IMG/VR virus record: IMGVR_UViG_3300031993_006620
Length of the DNA stretch: 64,000 nt
Strand: one strand, 5' to 3'
Source of the DNA: a virus
Taxonomy: Duplodnaviria > Heunggongvirae > Uroviricota > Caudoviricetes
A program made the translations under genes and the position numbers. Under the pieces are notes generated by a model. That model was not told where the DNA came from, searched no databases, and was given only the letters and a program-made list of their open reading frames with translations. Shown piece after piece: positions 1-9,625 of the stretch. The first letter of the stretch is position 1. The number at the start of each line of letters is the position of its first letter.

Positions 1-249
1 GAGCAAGATGGATTGTGGCACGTACGCCGTTACACGAGTGCGCAAGACTGGCGGGCACATATTACCCGTGAGGACAATGACCTCGGCGGCTACAAAACAA
101 GGAAACTGGCGAAGGAAGCTCGTGAAACGGCCCGTCTGGCACACATCAGTATGCCGGCAGGAGCCAAGTTCGGCGAACCCATGACATTCATGTCGATACT
201 GAACGACAACGTCGATTATGCGCAACTGAACCGGCCCAAATACATGTAG
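1..249 (+). CDS. hypothetical protein, 3' fragment (gene begins upstream of window)
   Basis: Reading frame open from nt 1 to TAG at 250-252; next gene follows 13 nt later with an AAGGAG RBS. Confidence 0.4.
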   Translation, partial: EQDGLWHVRRYTSAQDWRAHITREDNDLGGYKTRKLAKEARETARLAHISMPAGAKFGEPMTFMSILNDNVDYAQLNRPKYM

Positions 250-265
250 CAAAAGGAGAAGAACA

Positions 266-1357
266 ATGGACCGCGAAATTTTCAACGAACTGGCGGCAAA
301 CTACTTTGATTCACGTACACCGGAAGACCCAGCATACTGGGCGACCAACATTTTTGATATCCTTGACAAAGACTATCAACACCTGTTATCTAAACGCGGC
401 ATCGCGGAGACGAAACGTCTTGAAGCGATGGAGTGGCAGGATGTCGCCAGGGAGTATGTCCGCTGGTGGATCAAGGGGATGTCCATGCTACATGTCGTCG
501 ATACCTATTTCAATACAGGGAACGGGTCGCCGTATCAGTACGGATGGTTTCCGAGCGGGTTTAGCGATATTATCCTCAAGAAGATAATCGAGAAGTACAG
601 GGACCGAATCAAGAATGAAAATCCCAAGACGGACAGCTTGGACATCGGGCCCAATTTCATCCACATAGTACGCAAAATTGGCTATGGACATTCGATTTAT
701 CGCAGGATAGGATTCGACATTGAGTTCAACTTGTCCCGCGCCGGCGGAAAGATTCGCGTAGCATATAAACCTGAGGTTAGTTGCTCCGGGCAACCGGGGT
801 TCCACGACGATTTTGTGCAAATTGCCAAGGACATAAAAGCGGAATTTGACCAGTTGAAGAAGGACCCGCTTTTCAAGGTCGACCTGTCGGAATACAACAC
901 ATATCCCGACGTGTCGCAGTACAAGGACAAGCATGACCAACTCGGGATCATCAATGTGTATGCCAGATGGGATACGCTGGGGCCACGTGGTCGGGTCAAG
1001 TTTAACAAGAATTATATTGCCGCATACAAGGACGCCCGCGAATTTTGTCCCGGCATCCCACAGGTTGAATATAGTGACGACCTGTTAACTTGCGTGTATG
1101 AGGGCAAAACCTATACCGCGACCGACGCTGACGAGGACTGCGGCAGGAGATTGCCCGACTCGCTACGTTTTATCACGCAAGGCGTTAGAGAAGTTCTTAT
1201 TCACAAGTATGGGCTGCTCCCGACCGTCATCGAGAATACTTCCAACCCGCAAAGTCAAATAAGGTCGGACGTGCATTGGATTCACGGCAGATACAAGATG
1301 CCCATCGACGAGAACCTCCAAGCCTTGATCAAGAAGTACAACGTGGAACTTTATTGA
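266..1357 (+). CDS. hypothetical protein (363 aa)
   Basis: ATG preceded by AAAAGGAGAAGAACA; long uninterrupted ORF. The last 15 codons (ENLQALIKKYNVELY) lie inside the tandemly duplicated unit. Confidence 0.7.
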   Translation: MDREIFNELAANYFDSRTPEDPAYWATNIFDILDKDYQHLLSKRGIAETKRLEAMEWQDVAREYVRWWIKGMSMLHVVDTYFNTGNGSPYQYGWFPSGFSDIILKKIIEKYRDRIKNENPKTDSLDIGPNFIHIVRKIGYGHSIYRRIGFDIEFNLSRAGGKIRVAYKPEVSCSGQPGFHDDFVQIAKDIKAEFDQLKKDPLFKVDLSEYNTYPDVSQYKDKHDQLGIINVYARWDTLGPRGRVKFNKNYIAAYKDAREFCPGIPQVEYSDDLLTCVYEGKTYTATDADEDCGRRLPDSLRFITQGVREVLIHKYGLLPTVIENTSNPQSQIRSDVHWIHGRYKMPIDENLQALIKKYNVELY

Positions 1358-1363
1358 AACGGC

Positions 1364-1392
1364 TTGAAGTATGCTGGTTTATCGGTTATATG
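1364..1392 (+). promoter_or_regulatory. sigma70-like promoter TTGAAG-N17-TATATG upstream of gene 1412-2116 (copy 1)
   Basis: Hexamers with a 17-nt spacer; GGGGAG RBS and ATG lie 20 nt downstream. Confidence 0.35.
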
Positions 1393-1411
1393 ATATTCTG
1401 CGGGGAGTGTT

Positions 1412-2116
1412 ATGAATTTAGATGCAACTACAATTCAAGTGTTCTGGGACGCTTCGCTAATGGACTTAGAACAGCCCGACTGCGATGCAGTCTCATTGGA
1501 AGAACAGAAGAAGGTTCTTCCCGATTTATACAACGCGTTCAGCACGTCTTGGCAGTCGATGAACCGGCCGCATTCAGATTCGATGCCTAAAGGTGTCAAG
1601 CTCACTAACTGGTTCATCTCGTTCGACAATGAGTTAGGTATAACCGTCTGTACGGTGTACGAAATCAGCAATAGTTTGCTAAAGAATACCGACGGGCTGA
1701 AAAATATTATCAAGAAGCTTTCCGACGATATCGACGGCTGTTTCGACTCGTGGATGAATACCCATTTTGGCTTTACCGTTGATAAAACTCGATACTCGCT
1801 CTGGGCGCACGGATGGGCGAAAAAGATAGTTGCTCCGGTTGATGGCTGCAATAGCTTGATGGTCCGGTGGAATAACGTGGACGAAATCGAGCACGCCGAC
1901 TGGCTTATGTCCTACAGAAATGAAGCGTATCACATACTTTTCGACAAAAAGTATCACAAGGAAACCGAGAGTCGTGTCCGGCGTCGTATCGAGGTTTACA
2001 AAGTAGATGATAGCGAGTTGGCTAAGAAACTATTGAAAGATGATCTTGGACTCTTGGATATGTATGCGTTCGTAAAGAAGAACAAGGATCGGTTTTTCTT
2101 CGCAACATATTGCTAA
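1412..2116 (+). CDS. hypothetical protein (234 aa), duplicate copy 1
   Basis: ORF with GGGGAG RBS; identical copy at 2994-3698. Confidence 0.6.
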   Translation: MNLDATTIQVFWDASLMDLEQPDCDAVSLEEQKKVLPDLYNAFSTSWQSMNRPHSDSMPKGVKLTNWFISFDNELGITVCTVYEISNSLLKNTDGLKNIIKKLSDDIDGCFDSWMNTHFGFTVDKTRYSLWAHGWAKKIVAPVDGCNSLMVRWNNVDEIEHADWLMSYRNEAYHILFDKKYHKETESRVRRRIEVYKVDDSELAKKLLKDDLGLLDMYAFVKKNKDRFFFATYC

Positions 2117-2125
2117 GGAATGATT

Positions 2126-2509
2126 ATGGCCAGAATCGATCTTGAAGCGTTGGCCAAGGAATACGGCCTGCACGTAGAACGGGTCAACGTCGGGCGCCAT
2201 ACGCTATGGAAGGAAGCCGGCGTGTGCGTATTCATAGACCGCACACATACGGGCGGTTGCGCCATGCTCTGGGCGGTGTACCCGCCGGCCGGACACAAGC
2301 CGATGCGCGTCATCGACAGCTGTATAAGCATGTGGAGCGACCTGCGTTGCGAAAACGACCACAATTCCGGCATCCCAAAATGGCACAAGCACGAGGTGCT
2401 GGCCAACGACACGTTCAACGAGCCCGCGATCAGGAAAACCATCGAGAATACCATAGCCCAGTACAACGAATGGCGGAATGGTATAATTTTAGAGGAAACC
2501 CCGCGATAA
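2126..2509 (+). CDS. hypothetical protein (127 aa), duplicate copy 1
   Basis: ORF 2120-2509. The second ATG (2126) is preferred because it sits 6 nt from an AAGGA RBS; identical copy at 3708-4091. Confidence 0.55.
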   Translation: MARIDLEALAKEYGLHVERVNVGRHTLWKEAGVCVFIDRTHTGGCAMLWAVYPPAGHKPMRVIDSCISMWSDLRCENDHNSGIPKWHKHEVLANDTFNEPAIRKTIENTIAQYNEWRNGIILEETPR

Positions 2510-2525
2510 TTTTCTAAAATTTTGC

Positions 2526-2554
2526 TTGACAAAACGGGTACGCGTGACTATATT
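2526..2554 (+). promoter_or_regulatory. consensus sigma70-type promoter TTGACA-N17-TATATT (copy 1)
   Basis: Perfect -35 TTGACA at 2526-2531, 17-nt spacer, TATATT at 2549-2554, about 25 nt before the ATG at 2580. Confidence 0.55.
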
Positions 2555-2579
2555 TGTTCGTAATCAAGAGGATAAATAT

Positions 2580-2939
2580 ATGTACACTCGTTCAGAAAAC
2601 GGTGCCGTGATGCACGCTTCGAGCGGCCACACCCTGCTCGACCTTAACTTCAACGCGCTCGGTATGCGCAAGCTGTCGAGCGAGAAGATCGTAGACCTGT
2701 TCTCCAAGGCGTACGCCGAGGACAAGCAGCTCGCCGTCCGCTGGCTCTTCTACGCCGGCGACATCCGCGAGGGCATGGGCGAACGCCACCTGTTCCGCTC
2801 CGCCCTCCCCTTCGTCGCCAAGCGCCACCAGCATCTGCTCAAGTTCGTGGGCGAGTACAACCGTTTCGACTCGCTGCTCCCGATGCTCGACGAGAACCTC
2901 CAAGCCTTGATCAAGAAGTACAACGTGGAACTTTATTGA
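2580..2939 (+). pseudogene. truncated chimeric copy of the vWA gene: N-terminal 104 codons fused in frame to the 15-codon tail of gene 266-1357
   Basis: Protein is identical to 4162-5637 up to ...LLPMLD, then switches to ENLQALIKKYNVELY at the duplication junction (2887). Confidence 0.5.
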
Positions 2940-2945
2940 AACGGC

Positions 2946-2974
2946 TTGAAGTATGCTGGTTTATCGGTTATATG
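2946..2974 (+). promoter_or_regulatory. sigma70-like promoter TTGAAG-N17-TATATG (copy 2)
   Basis: Duplicate of 1364-1392 at offset 1582. Confidence 0.35.
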
Positions 2975-2993
2975 ATATTCTGCGGGGAGTGTT

Positions 2994-3698
2994 ATGAATT
3001 TAGATGCAACTACAATTCAAGTGTTCTGGGACGCTTCGCTAATGGACTTAGAACAGCCCGACTGCGATGCAGTCTCATTGGAAGAACAGAAGAAGGTTCT
3101 TCCCGATTTATACAACGCGTTCAGCACGTCTTGGCAGTCGATGAACCGGCCGCATTCAGATTCGATGCCTAAAGGTGTCAAGCTCACTAACTGGTTCATC
3201 TCGTTCGACAATGAGTTAGGTATAACCGTCTGTACGGTGTACGAAATCAGCAATAGTTTGCTAAAGAATACCGACGGGCTGAAAAATATTATCAAGAAGC
3301 TTTCCGACGATATCGACGGCTGTTTCGACTCGTGGATGAATACCCATTTTGGCTTTACCGTTGATAAAACTCGATACTCGCTCTGGGCGCACGGATGGGC
3401 GAAAAAGATAGTTGCTCCGGTTGATGGCTGCAATAGCTTGATGGTCCGGTGGAATAACGTGGACGAAATCGAGCACGCCGACTGGCTTATGTCCTACAGA
3501 AATGAAGCGTATCACATACTTTTCGACAAAAAGTATCACAAGGAAACCGAGAGTCGTGTCCGGCGTCGTATCGAGGTTTACAAAGTAGATGATAGCGAGT
3601 TGGCTAAGAAACTATTGAAAGATGATCTTGGACTCTTGGATATGTATGCGTTCGTAAAGAAGAACAAGGATCGGTTTTTCTTCGCAACATATTGCTAA
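2994..3698 (+). CDS. hypothetical protein (234 aa), duplicate copy 2
   Basis: Identical to 1412-2116. Confidence 0.6.
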   Translation: MNLDATTIQVFWDASLMDLEQPDCDAVSLEEQKKVLPDLYNAFSTSWQSMNRPHSDSMPKGVKLTNWFISFDNELGITVCTVYEISNSLLKNTDGLKNIIKKLSDDIDGCFDSWMNTHFGFTVDKTRYSLWAHGWAKKIVAPVDGCNSLMVRWNNVDEIEHADWLMSYRNEAYHILFDKKYHKETESRVRRRIEVYKVDDSELAKKLLKDDLGLLDMYAFVKKNKDRFFFATYC

Positions 3699-3707
3699 GG
3701 AATGATT

Positions 3708-4091
3708 ATGGCCAGAATCGATCTTGAAGCGTTGGCCAAGGAATACGGCCTGCACGTAGAACGGGTCAACGTCGGGCGCCATACGCTATGGAAGGAAGCC
3801 GGCGTGTGCGTATTCATAGACCGCACACATACGGGCGGTTGCGCCATGCTCTGGGCGGTGTACCCGCCGGCCGGACACAAGCCGATGCGCGTCATCGACA
3901 GCTGTATAAGCATGTGGAGCGACCTGCGTTGCGAAAACGACCACAATTCCGGCATCCCAAAATGGCACAAGCACGAGGTGCTGGCCAACGACACGTTCAA
4001 CGAGCCCGCGATCAGGAAAACCATCGAGAATACCATAGCCCAGTACAACGAATGGCGGAATGGTATAATTTTAGAGGAAACCCCGCGATAA
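3708..4091 (+). CDS. hypothetical protein (127 aa), duplicate copy 2
   Basis: Identical to 2126-2509. Confidence 0.55.
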   Translation: MARIDLEALAKEYGLHVERVNVGRHTLWKEAGVCVFIDRTHTGGCAMLWAVYPPAGHKPMRVIDSCISMWSDLRCENDHNSGIPKWHKHEVLANDTFNEPAIRKTIENTIAQYNEWRNGIILEETPR

Positions 4092-4107
4092 TTTTCTAAA
4101 ATTTTGC

Positions 4108-4136
4108 TTGACAAAACGGGTACGCGTGACTATATT
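4108..4136 (+). promoter_or_regulatory. consensus sigma70-type promoter TTGACA-N17-TATATT (copy 2)
   Basis: Duplicate of 2526-2554. The ORF track starts this ORF at the TTG of the -35 hexamer, which is an artefact. Confidence 0.55.
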
Positions 4137-4161
4137 TGTTCGTAATCAAGAGGATAAATAT

Positions 4162-5637
4162 ATGTACACTCGTTCAGAAAACGGTGCCGTGATGCACGCT
4201 TCGAGCGGCCACACCCTGCTCGACCTTAACTTCAACGCGCTCGGTATGCGCAAGCTGTCGAGCGAGAAGATCGTAGACCTGTTCTCCAAGGCGTACGCCG
4301 AGGACAAGCAGCTCGCCGTCCGCTGGCTCTTCTACGCCGGCGACATCCGCGAGGGCATGGGCGAACGCCACCTGTTCCGCTCCGCCCTCCCCTTCGTCGC
4401 CAAGCGCCACCAGCATCTGCTCAAGTTCGTGGGCGAGTACAACCGTTTCGACTCGCTGCTCCCGATGCTCGACGACGCCGAGCTTTCGGGCCCCGTGCTG
4501 AACCTCATCAAGGACCAGTTCAACGCCGACCTCGCCAACCTCAAGGACGGACGTTCCGTGTCCCTGCTCGGCAAGTGGCTCCCGTCCATCAACGCGTCTT
4601 CCAAGAAGACCCGCCATTACGCGAAGATCGTGTCCCGCGCACTCTTCGATTCTCACCGTACCTACCGCAACGCGTGCTCGATGCTCCGCGAGTACATCGA
4701 CGTCGTCGAGCGCAAGATGTGTTCGGGCCAGTGGGGACTCGTCGAATACTCCAAGGTGCCGGGCGTGGCCATCCACCGCTACCGCGAGGCCTTCTACAAG
4801 CACGACCTCGCCCGCTTCACCGAGTTCAACGCCAAGGTGCTGAAGGGAGAGGCGAAGAAGAACGCCGCCACGGTGTCCTCGGCAGAGCTCGTGCATAGTT
4901 ACCGCTATGGCTACGACAGCGTGAAGAAGGTCGACGTCGCGATCGAGGCGTCCTGGACCGCGTTGCCGGACCTCCTGGCAAATGACTACTCCATCATCCC
5001 GGTGTGCGACATCTCCGAATCCATGACCAACTGCACGATATCCGATGCGACTACCGCGCAGGTACTCGACGCTGCCGTGGGCCTGTCCCTCTACTGCGCC
5101 CGCTACAACAAGTGTCCGGCGTTCCGCGACAGGGTGATGACGTTCTCCTCGACCCCGAGGTTCGTGGACGTCGACGCGCCCACCCTGCGCGAGAACATCA
5201 AGCGCATCATGGCGTCGCCGAACAAGGGGTACAACACGAACATCACCCGCATGTTCGAGACGTACCTCAACGCCCTGATTGGATCCGGCGTCCCGGTCAA
5301 CGCGAAGCTGCCGACCCTCGTGATCTTCTCCGACATGGAGTTCGACCGCGAGGCCCCGCGCAACATGGGCTTTGATGACTCGCCCACGCTGTTCGACGCG
5401 ATCCGCAGGAAGTTCAAGCAGTACGGCTACGACCTCCCGCGCCTCGTGCTCTGGAACCTCAGCAGCCGTAGCGGCGGTGTCGCTGTCAGGACCAACCCGG
5501 CCGGTATCGTGATGCTGAGCGGCGTGTCCGCGATGACGATGGACATGATCTTCAGCAACAAGACCGACCCGTTCGACATCCTTTGCGACAAGCTGAACGG
5601 AAAGCGTTACCAGCAGATTACGCTGGAGGAAAAGTAA
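4162..5637 (+). CDS. vWA-domain protein (491 aa), possibly DUF2828-like
   Basis: ATG after an AAGAGGA RBS. MIDAS-like DxSxS motif (VCDISESMT) followed by a hydrophobic beta-strand pattern (LVIFSDMEFD). Confidence 0.65.
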   Translation: MYTRSENGAVMHASSGHTLLDLNFNALGMRKLSSEKIVDLFSKAYAEDKQLAVRWLFYAGDIREGMGERHLFRSALPFVAKRHQHLLKFVGEYNRFDSLLPMLDDAELSGPVLNLIKDQFNADLANLKDGRSVSLLGKWLPSINASSKKTRHYAKIVSRALFDSHRTYRNACSMLREYIDVVERKMCSGQWGLVEYSKVPGVAIHRYREAFYKHDLARFTEFNAKVLKGEAKKNAATVSSAELVHSYRYGYDSVKKVDVAIEASWTALPDLLANDYSIIPVCDISESMTNCTISDATTAQVLDAAVGLSLYCARYNKCPAFRDRVMTFSSTPRFVDVDAPTLRENIKRIMASPNKGYNTNITRMFETYLNALIGSGVPVNAKLPTLVIFSDMEFDREAPRNMGFDDSPTLFDAIRRKFKQYGYDLPRLVLWNLSSRSGGVAVRTNPAGIVMLSGVSAMTMDMIFSNKTDPFDILCDKLNGKRYQQITLEEK

Positions 5638-5999
5638 TGGCTAACTCCCTGAAAGATGCGAAAAGCATCTTCGATTCCAGCCCGGTCGATTTCATTGTCG
5701 AGTTAGACGAGGAAAAGTCCGAGCTGGTCGCGAAGCTGCCTATGGGTAACCTGGAGCCTGTATTCAAGGTGACGAAGAAAGCGGACGCTGACGAACTCGT
5801 CATCGTTCGCTGGCCGCTGTCCGTCAGCTTCGACACCTCGTCCGGCTTCAAGTGCAGCTACAGGCTCGGTGAAGAAACCCCCGTGGAGAACCTCACCGGT
5901 CTCGTCAACCGCACCGCCGAGGTGGCGCAACTCGTTTCCGCATACCAGGACTGCTACACGTTCTATGCCCGCGTAAAGCAGGTGAAGAATTATTCATGA
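5637..5999 (+). CDS. hypothetical protein (120 aa)
   Basis: ATG overlaps the upstream stop (TAATG) and follows a GGAGGAAAAG RBS. Confidence 0.55.
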   Translation: MANSLKDAKSIFDSSPVDFIVELDEEKSELVAKLPMGNLEPVFKVTKKADADELVIVRWPLSVSFDTSSGFKCSYRLGEETPVENLTGLVNRTAEVAQLVSAYQDCYTFYARVKQVKNYS

Positions 6000-6862
6000 A
6001 CTGGTTCCAGAGCAACGACATCACGCACTCGACCGAAAAAGAAATGGCGGCGATGTCGACCATCCTCAACTCTCCCCGTGGCGGCGCCATAGTCCACGGC
6101 CTGATCTTGAAGATGGTCGACGCCGACCCGATTCAGGCGGGCCCGTTCTTCATATCGATGATTACCCAGATTTCGTCGTTGCTGACGAAAAAGCAGAATG
6201 TCCGCTCGGACAACATGCGCTCGTTTGTGCGGACTCTCGGCCGTGCCATGACCTGTTGCAAGGTTCCTTCGGGCGAACGGCAGGGCGAGCCGGCATTCCT
6301 TACGAAAAAGTTTGCCGAAATGGTGGACATCAGCACCGGCGACGTCATCACGTTCGTCAGGGATTTCTGCAACTTCAAGGAATCCGACGAAAAGTTCAAG
6401 CTGGGACAGGTGACCGAACGCCTGACGGCGTCATCGGTATGCTCCGCCAACGCTCTCGCGAAGGTCTACCTTGACAGCTTCATCAAGATAATCGACGGCA
6501 TGAAGTCTAAGTCGATCGAGGAGCTGTTTCCGACTTGCTACGCTTTCGAGGACGGCGACAAGGAACTGCTCACGTGGTGCTTCGAAAACCGGAAACTCTG
6601 GGACGACGTTTCGCCTAAGCCCGCTAAGATGACGGCCGACGAGTTCAAGGCGCTCTGCAAGTCCTACTTCCCCGACTGCATTTTCAAGGAGGAAGGTACG
6701 TGCGGTCTCCTTTGCTACAACAAAGGCCTTAATCTTGAAAACATACTTGTCGGGTTCCTGCCAAGAGGCGACTTCGCGGTCTACGACAAGTGGCGCGACT
6801 GCACCATAACGGACGACCGCGAATACCTTGAAAATTTCTTGAAAACCAGATCCAGAAGGTAA
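5996..6862 (+). CDS. hypothetical protein (288 aa)
   Basis: ATGA start/stop overlap with the upstream gene; long ORF. Confidence 0.6.
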   Translation: MNWFQSNDITHSTEKEMAAMSTILNSPRGGAIVHGLILKMVDADPIQAGPFFISMITQISSLLTKKQNVRSDNMRSFVRTLGRAMTCCKVPSGERQGEPAFLTKKFAEMVDISTGDVITFVRDFCNFKESDEKFKLGQVTERLTASSVCSANALAKVYLDSFIKIIDGMKSKSIEELFPTCYAFEDGDKELLTWCFENRKLWDDVSPKPAKMTADEFKALCKSYFPDCIFKEEGTCGLLCYNKGLNLENILVGFLPRGDFAVYDKWRDCTITDDREYLENFLKTRSRR

Positions 6863-6866
6863 GCAT

Positions 6867-7067
6867 ATGTGGATGCTCGTTCTAGTATTCCTCACGATGG
6901 GCAACGGCACGCCCGCCCCAAGCGTCGTAGCGTTTCAAGTTGAATCCGAGAACACCTGTCGCGCCGTCGGCGAGAAGGTGGTTTCCGACGTCTCCAAGGA
7001 CGCCAACGACCATTTCGCGTTCAAGTCACCGATGAAGGTCGCCAAGTACCACTGCTACAAGCTCTAG
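6867..7067 (+). CDS. small hypothetical protein (66 aa) with hydrophobic N-terminus
   Basis: Short ORF immediately after the previous stop; the N-terminus MWMLVLVFLTMG looks signal-like. Confidence 0.35.
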   Translation: MWMLVLVFLTMGNGTPAPSVVAFQVESENTCRAVGEKVVSDVSKDANDHFAFKSPMKVAKYHCYKL

Positions 7068-7106
7068 CCCGCAATAAACTGCGGTTGGCCTTAACCAAGG
7101 AGTTAG

Positions 7107-8237
7107 ATGCCTAGCAAGTGGCTCAACTGCGCGATACCCGGTGTCGCGCTTACTACCTGTATCGGTTCGGTCTACTGCTGGTCGCAGTTTTCCCAGAACC
7201 TCATGGCCGTATTCGGTCTGTCCAAGATGATGACCGACGTCGGCTTTACCCTCATCATATTTTTCCTCGGCATGTTCGCCGCCCTGTTCGGGAGCACGAT
7301 CGAGAAGAACCCGCGCATAGGCGCGTGGCTCTCCACTGCCGTGTTCATCACCGGGTTTGCTATGCTCGGTATTTCGGTGGACGCCGTGTCGGTGCCCCTG
7401 TTCTACGTTTCGACCGCCCTGATAGGCGCCGGTACGGGAATAGGGTACGTGACGCCCGTGAAGACGCTCATGGCTTTCTTCTCCGACCACAAGGGTCTGG
7501 CGTCCGGACTGGCGATTACCGGCTTTGGTCTCGCGAAGTTCGTAGCAGCCCCGGTGATCGAGTTCCTTCTCGCCAACGTCAGCCTGTCCCATATGTTCTA
7601 CATAATGGGGGCGATATACGCAGCGGTGATGACGGGCTCGTCCCTGATGCTCAGGAAATACCCGAAGGCGGAAACCGAGTTCGGCAACAGGAGCTTCAGC
7701 TACAAGCTGATCCTGAAGAGCAAGGAATGGTGGTCGATATGGTTCATGTTCGCCGTGAACATCAGCTGCGGACTCTCCATCATCTCACAGGAGAAGTCGA
7801 TACTGAGCGCACTGGGCATAACCGCCATCGCGGCTATCCTGTCCGGAACGGCCCTGTCCAACTCGGGAGGCCGTCTTGGGTTCTCGACGCTATCGGACAA
7901 GATCGGGCGCAAGGCCGCCTACCATTTCGTCTGTTCGTTCGGCATCCTCGGTGCGCTGTTCTGTGTCACGGGCAGTCCCGTACTATCCGTGCTCGGCATC
8001 CTCCTGTGCGAGGCCGCCTACGGCGGAAATTTCAGCGTGTTGCCCAGCCTTCTCGCAAAGCGATTCGGTATGGCCAATGCCTCCAGGGTACATGCTATGA
8101 CGCTGACGGGATGGAGCGTCGGCGGTATCGTCGGCCCGCTCCTCGCGAACACGTTCACTGGGTCTACCCTGTACATCGTGCTCGCCACGCTCTACTTCAT
8201 CGCGTTCACGGTGATGGAGATGAACGTCCGGAAATAG
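7107..8237 (+). CDS. MFS transporter (376 aa, OFA-like)
   Basis: AAGGAG RBS. About 12 hydrophobic segments and an MFS loop motif GRLGFSTLSDKIGRK. Confidence 0.75.
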   Translation: MPSKWLNCAIPGVALTTCIGSVYCWSQFSQNLMAVFGLSKMMTDVGFTLIIFFLGMFAALFGSTIEKNPRIGAWLSTAVFITGFAMLGISVDAVSVPLFYVSTALIGAGTGIGYVTPVKTLMAFFSDHKGLASGLAITGFGLAKFVAAPVIEFLLANVSLSHMFYIMGAIYAAVMTGSSLMLRKYPKAETEFGNRSFSYKLILKSKEWWSIWFMFAVNISCGLSIISQEKSILSALGITAIAAILSGTALSNSGGRLGFSTLSDKIGRKAAYHFVCSFGILGALFCVTGSPVLSVLGILLCEAAYGGNFSVLPSLLAKRFGMANASRVHAMTLTGWSVGGIVGPLLANTFTGSTLYIVLATLYFIAFTVMEMNVRK

Positions 8238-8257
8238 ATCGGGTTACGAATAACGGA

Positions 8258-8290
8258 AAGGCCGTCCAGAAGGACGGCCTTATTTTATTT
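8258..8290 (+). terminator. rho-independent terminator (GGCCGTCC-AGAA-GGACGGCC followed by TTATTTTATTT)
   Basis: 8-bp GC stem plus T-tract directly after the MFS gene. It sits at the convergence point with the minus-strand block. Confidence 0.6.
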
Positions 8291-8302
8291 AACAGGAAGT
8301 CA

Positions 8303-8464
8303 CTATTTTTTGCGCCTCATGATGAATCGTGCGATCGCGAGCTTGGTGGACGTGTCTACGGCATCCGATCCCAGCTTGCGCTTGATGGTCACGTAGGCGA
8401 TGAACGAAGCCGCGATACTGAGCAAGATCATGACCACGGCTGCCTTGAATAGAAATAGAATCAT
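8303..8464 (-). CDS. small membrane protein (53 aa)
   Basis: ATGA overlap with the upstream gene (stop 8461). Hydrophobic sequence MILFLFKAAVVMILLSIAASFIAYV. Not in the ORF track because it is shorter than 60 aa. Confidence 0.3.
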   Translation of the reverse strand: MILFLFKAAVVMILLSIAASFIAYVTIKRKLGSDAVDTSTKLAIARFIMRRKK

Positions 8465-8802
8465 TGAACGCTCCTTTTGTTTCGGTTAATGTTCCTCGAA
8501 TAGATTACTACGTCCGACGTCGTGCCCTGGGTGCGACCGTGCTTCCGTTCGATCTCGTACAAGAACCTCAATGCGGCATCCTTGTCGGTGAACGAGTCGT
8601 CAAGGTCCTTGAACCCCTTGTTGAAGACGTACATCTGCACCACGAAGCGGTCGCCTCGATGCACGATACGGCAGACCCCGTCGTACTTGGCGTTGCGAAA
8701 ATGCCAGATGACCTTGCGCGTTGCGAGGATCGACAACACCAGGAATACCGCGCCCCCAGAGCAGGCAAATATTATTATGGTGAGCATCGTGTTCGTGTCC
8801 AT
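8461..8802 (-). CDS. hypothetical membrane-anchored protein (113 aa)
   Basis: N-terminal TM helix. Overlapping plus-strand ORFs look like artefacts. Confidence 0.5.
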   Translation of the reverse strand: MDTNTMLTIIIFACSGGAVFLVLSILATRKVIWHFRNAKYDGVCRIVHRGDRFVVQMYVFNKGFKDLDDSFTDKDAALRFLYEIERKHGRTQGTTSDVVIYSRNINRNKRSVQ

Positions 8803-8822
8803 TTGTAACGTCCTTTAACGCA

Positions 8823-9128
8823 TCATTTTACGGATAGCCGCTTGAATGCGTTCTGGAGGGTTATGTGCAGGCACCTGATGTTTTCAGGGTGCATCCTGTC
8901 GGCGACCTTCCGCCATTCGCGGATATTGGGCCACATGTAGTCCCTGACGAGCTTCCGGTGCTGCCGGTTGACGGGCAACTTCCAGACCATACGGAACAGC
9001 TTGTACTCGGCCTCGACGAGCACTTTCATGTCGCCAGTCTCCACGGCTGCGTCGACTGCCTTGACCTGTTCCGCAATCGCCTCGGGCGTAGCCAAGAGAT
9101 ATGACGGTCTCCTCGTAGTCGAAAGCAA
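8823..9128 (-). CDS. hypothetical protein (101 aa)
   Basis: ORF abuts the stop of the upstream gene. Confidence 0.5.
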   Translation of the reverse strand: MLSTTRRPSYLLATPEAIAEQVKAVDAAVETGDMKVLVEAEYKLFRMVWKLPVNRQHRKLVRDYMWPNIREWRKVADRMHPENIRCLHITLQNAFKRLSVK

Positions 9129-9401
9129 CTAGGCCTCCGGGTTGAACTCGCCCTGTACGCATTTCATCGCTATGACGACAAACGGGTCCTTTCTATCCAG
9201 CGGACTCATTGTCACCTTGTAGGCCTTCTTCGTTCCGATAAGAGCCTCGGCTATATTCACTACCCCGTAGGTCGTTGGACTGCTGCTCGCCCTGCCGCAT
9301 TCGGCGAACTTCACCTTGTACGTCTTGTCGTCGCTCTTCTTGACGAAAATGTCGGTTCCCTTCCACAGGCCCAGTAAATCATATTGACTAACGCTAGACA
9401 T
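9129..9401 (-). CDS. hypothetical protein (90 aa)
   Basis: Start MSSVSQ with an AAGGGG RBS; ORF-track start 9458 trimmed. Confidence 0.5.
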   Translation of the reverse strand: MSSVSQYDLLGLWKGTDIFVKKSDDKTYKVKFAECGRASSSPTTYGVVNIAEALIGTKKAYKVTMSPLDRKDPFVVIAMKCVQGEFNPEA

Positions 9402-9625
9402 AGTATGCCCCTTGCTAAAAAATCGGCGGAGCCCGGAGGCCCCACCGAAATATAGCAAATTTTATGGCTATCGGCATCAACCGGCTTTAGTTTCGTCCCG
9501 AATACCGGCAATGTAATTCCTGAAACTCTCTACCAGTTTCATGGGCATTTCCCTATTGGCGCGAATATGGTCGGTCCGCCGGTCTATGTCGTCGGCCAAA
9601 TGCGCCGGCATCGCGCCGGGGCGGG

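Larger units (their letters stand above)
1305..4468 (+). repeat. perfect tandem direct duplication, 2 x 1582 bp (copy A 1305-2886, copy B 2887-4468)
   Basis: ORF-track proteins are identical at offset 1582 (1412-2116=2994-3698; 2120-2509=3702-4091). The junction carries an 8-bp microhomology, tcgacgag at 1305-1312 and 2887-2894 versus tcgacgac at 4469-4476. Confidence 0.85.

Noticed and set aside
7118-8452. Long plus/minus-strand ORFs overlapping called genes in GC-rich regions (for example 7118-8452, 9743-11212, 12337-13725, 33547-34674, 49789-51270, 51251-52075, 57803-60121)
   Set aside because: The proteins are Arg/Gly/Pro-rich and low-complexity, lie antisense or out of frame to well-supported genes with RBSs, and are typical high-GC open-frame artefacts.
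9402-9625. Short ORF 9477-9665 (minus) and a motif-like GGAGCCCGGAGGCCCC in the FtsK downstream region
   Set aside because: The ORF overlaps the FtsK C-terminus and has no RBS. The GC segment does not form a clean stem and differs from the conserved family.
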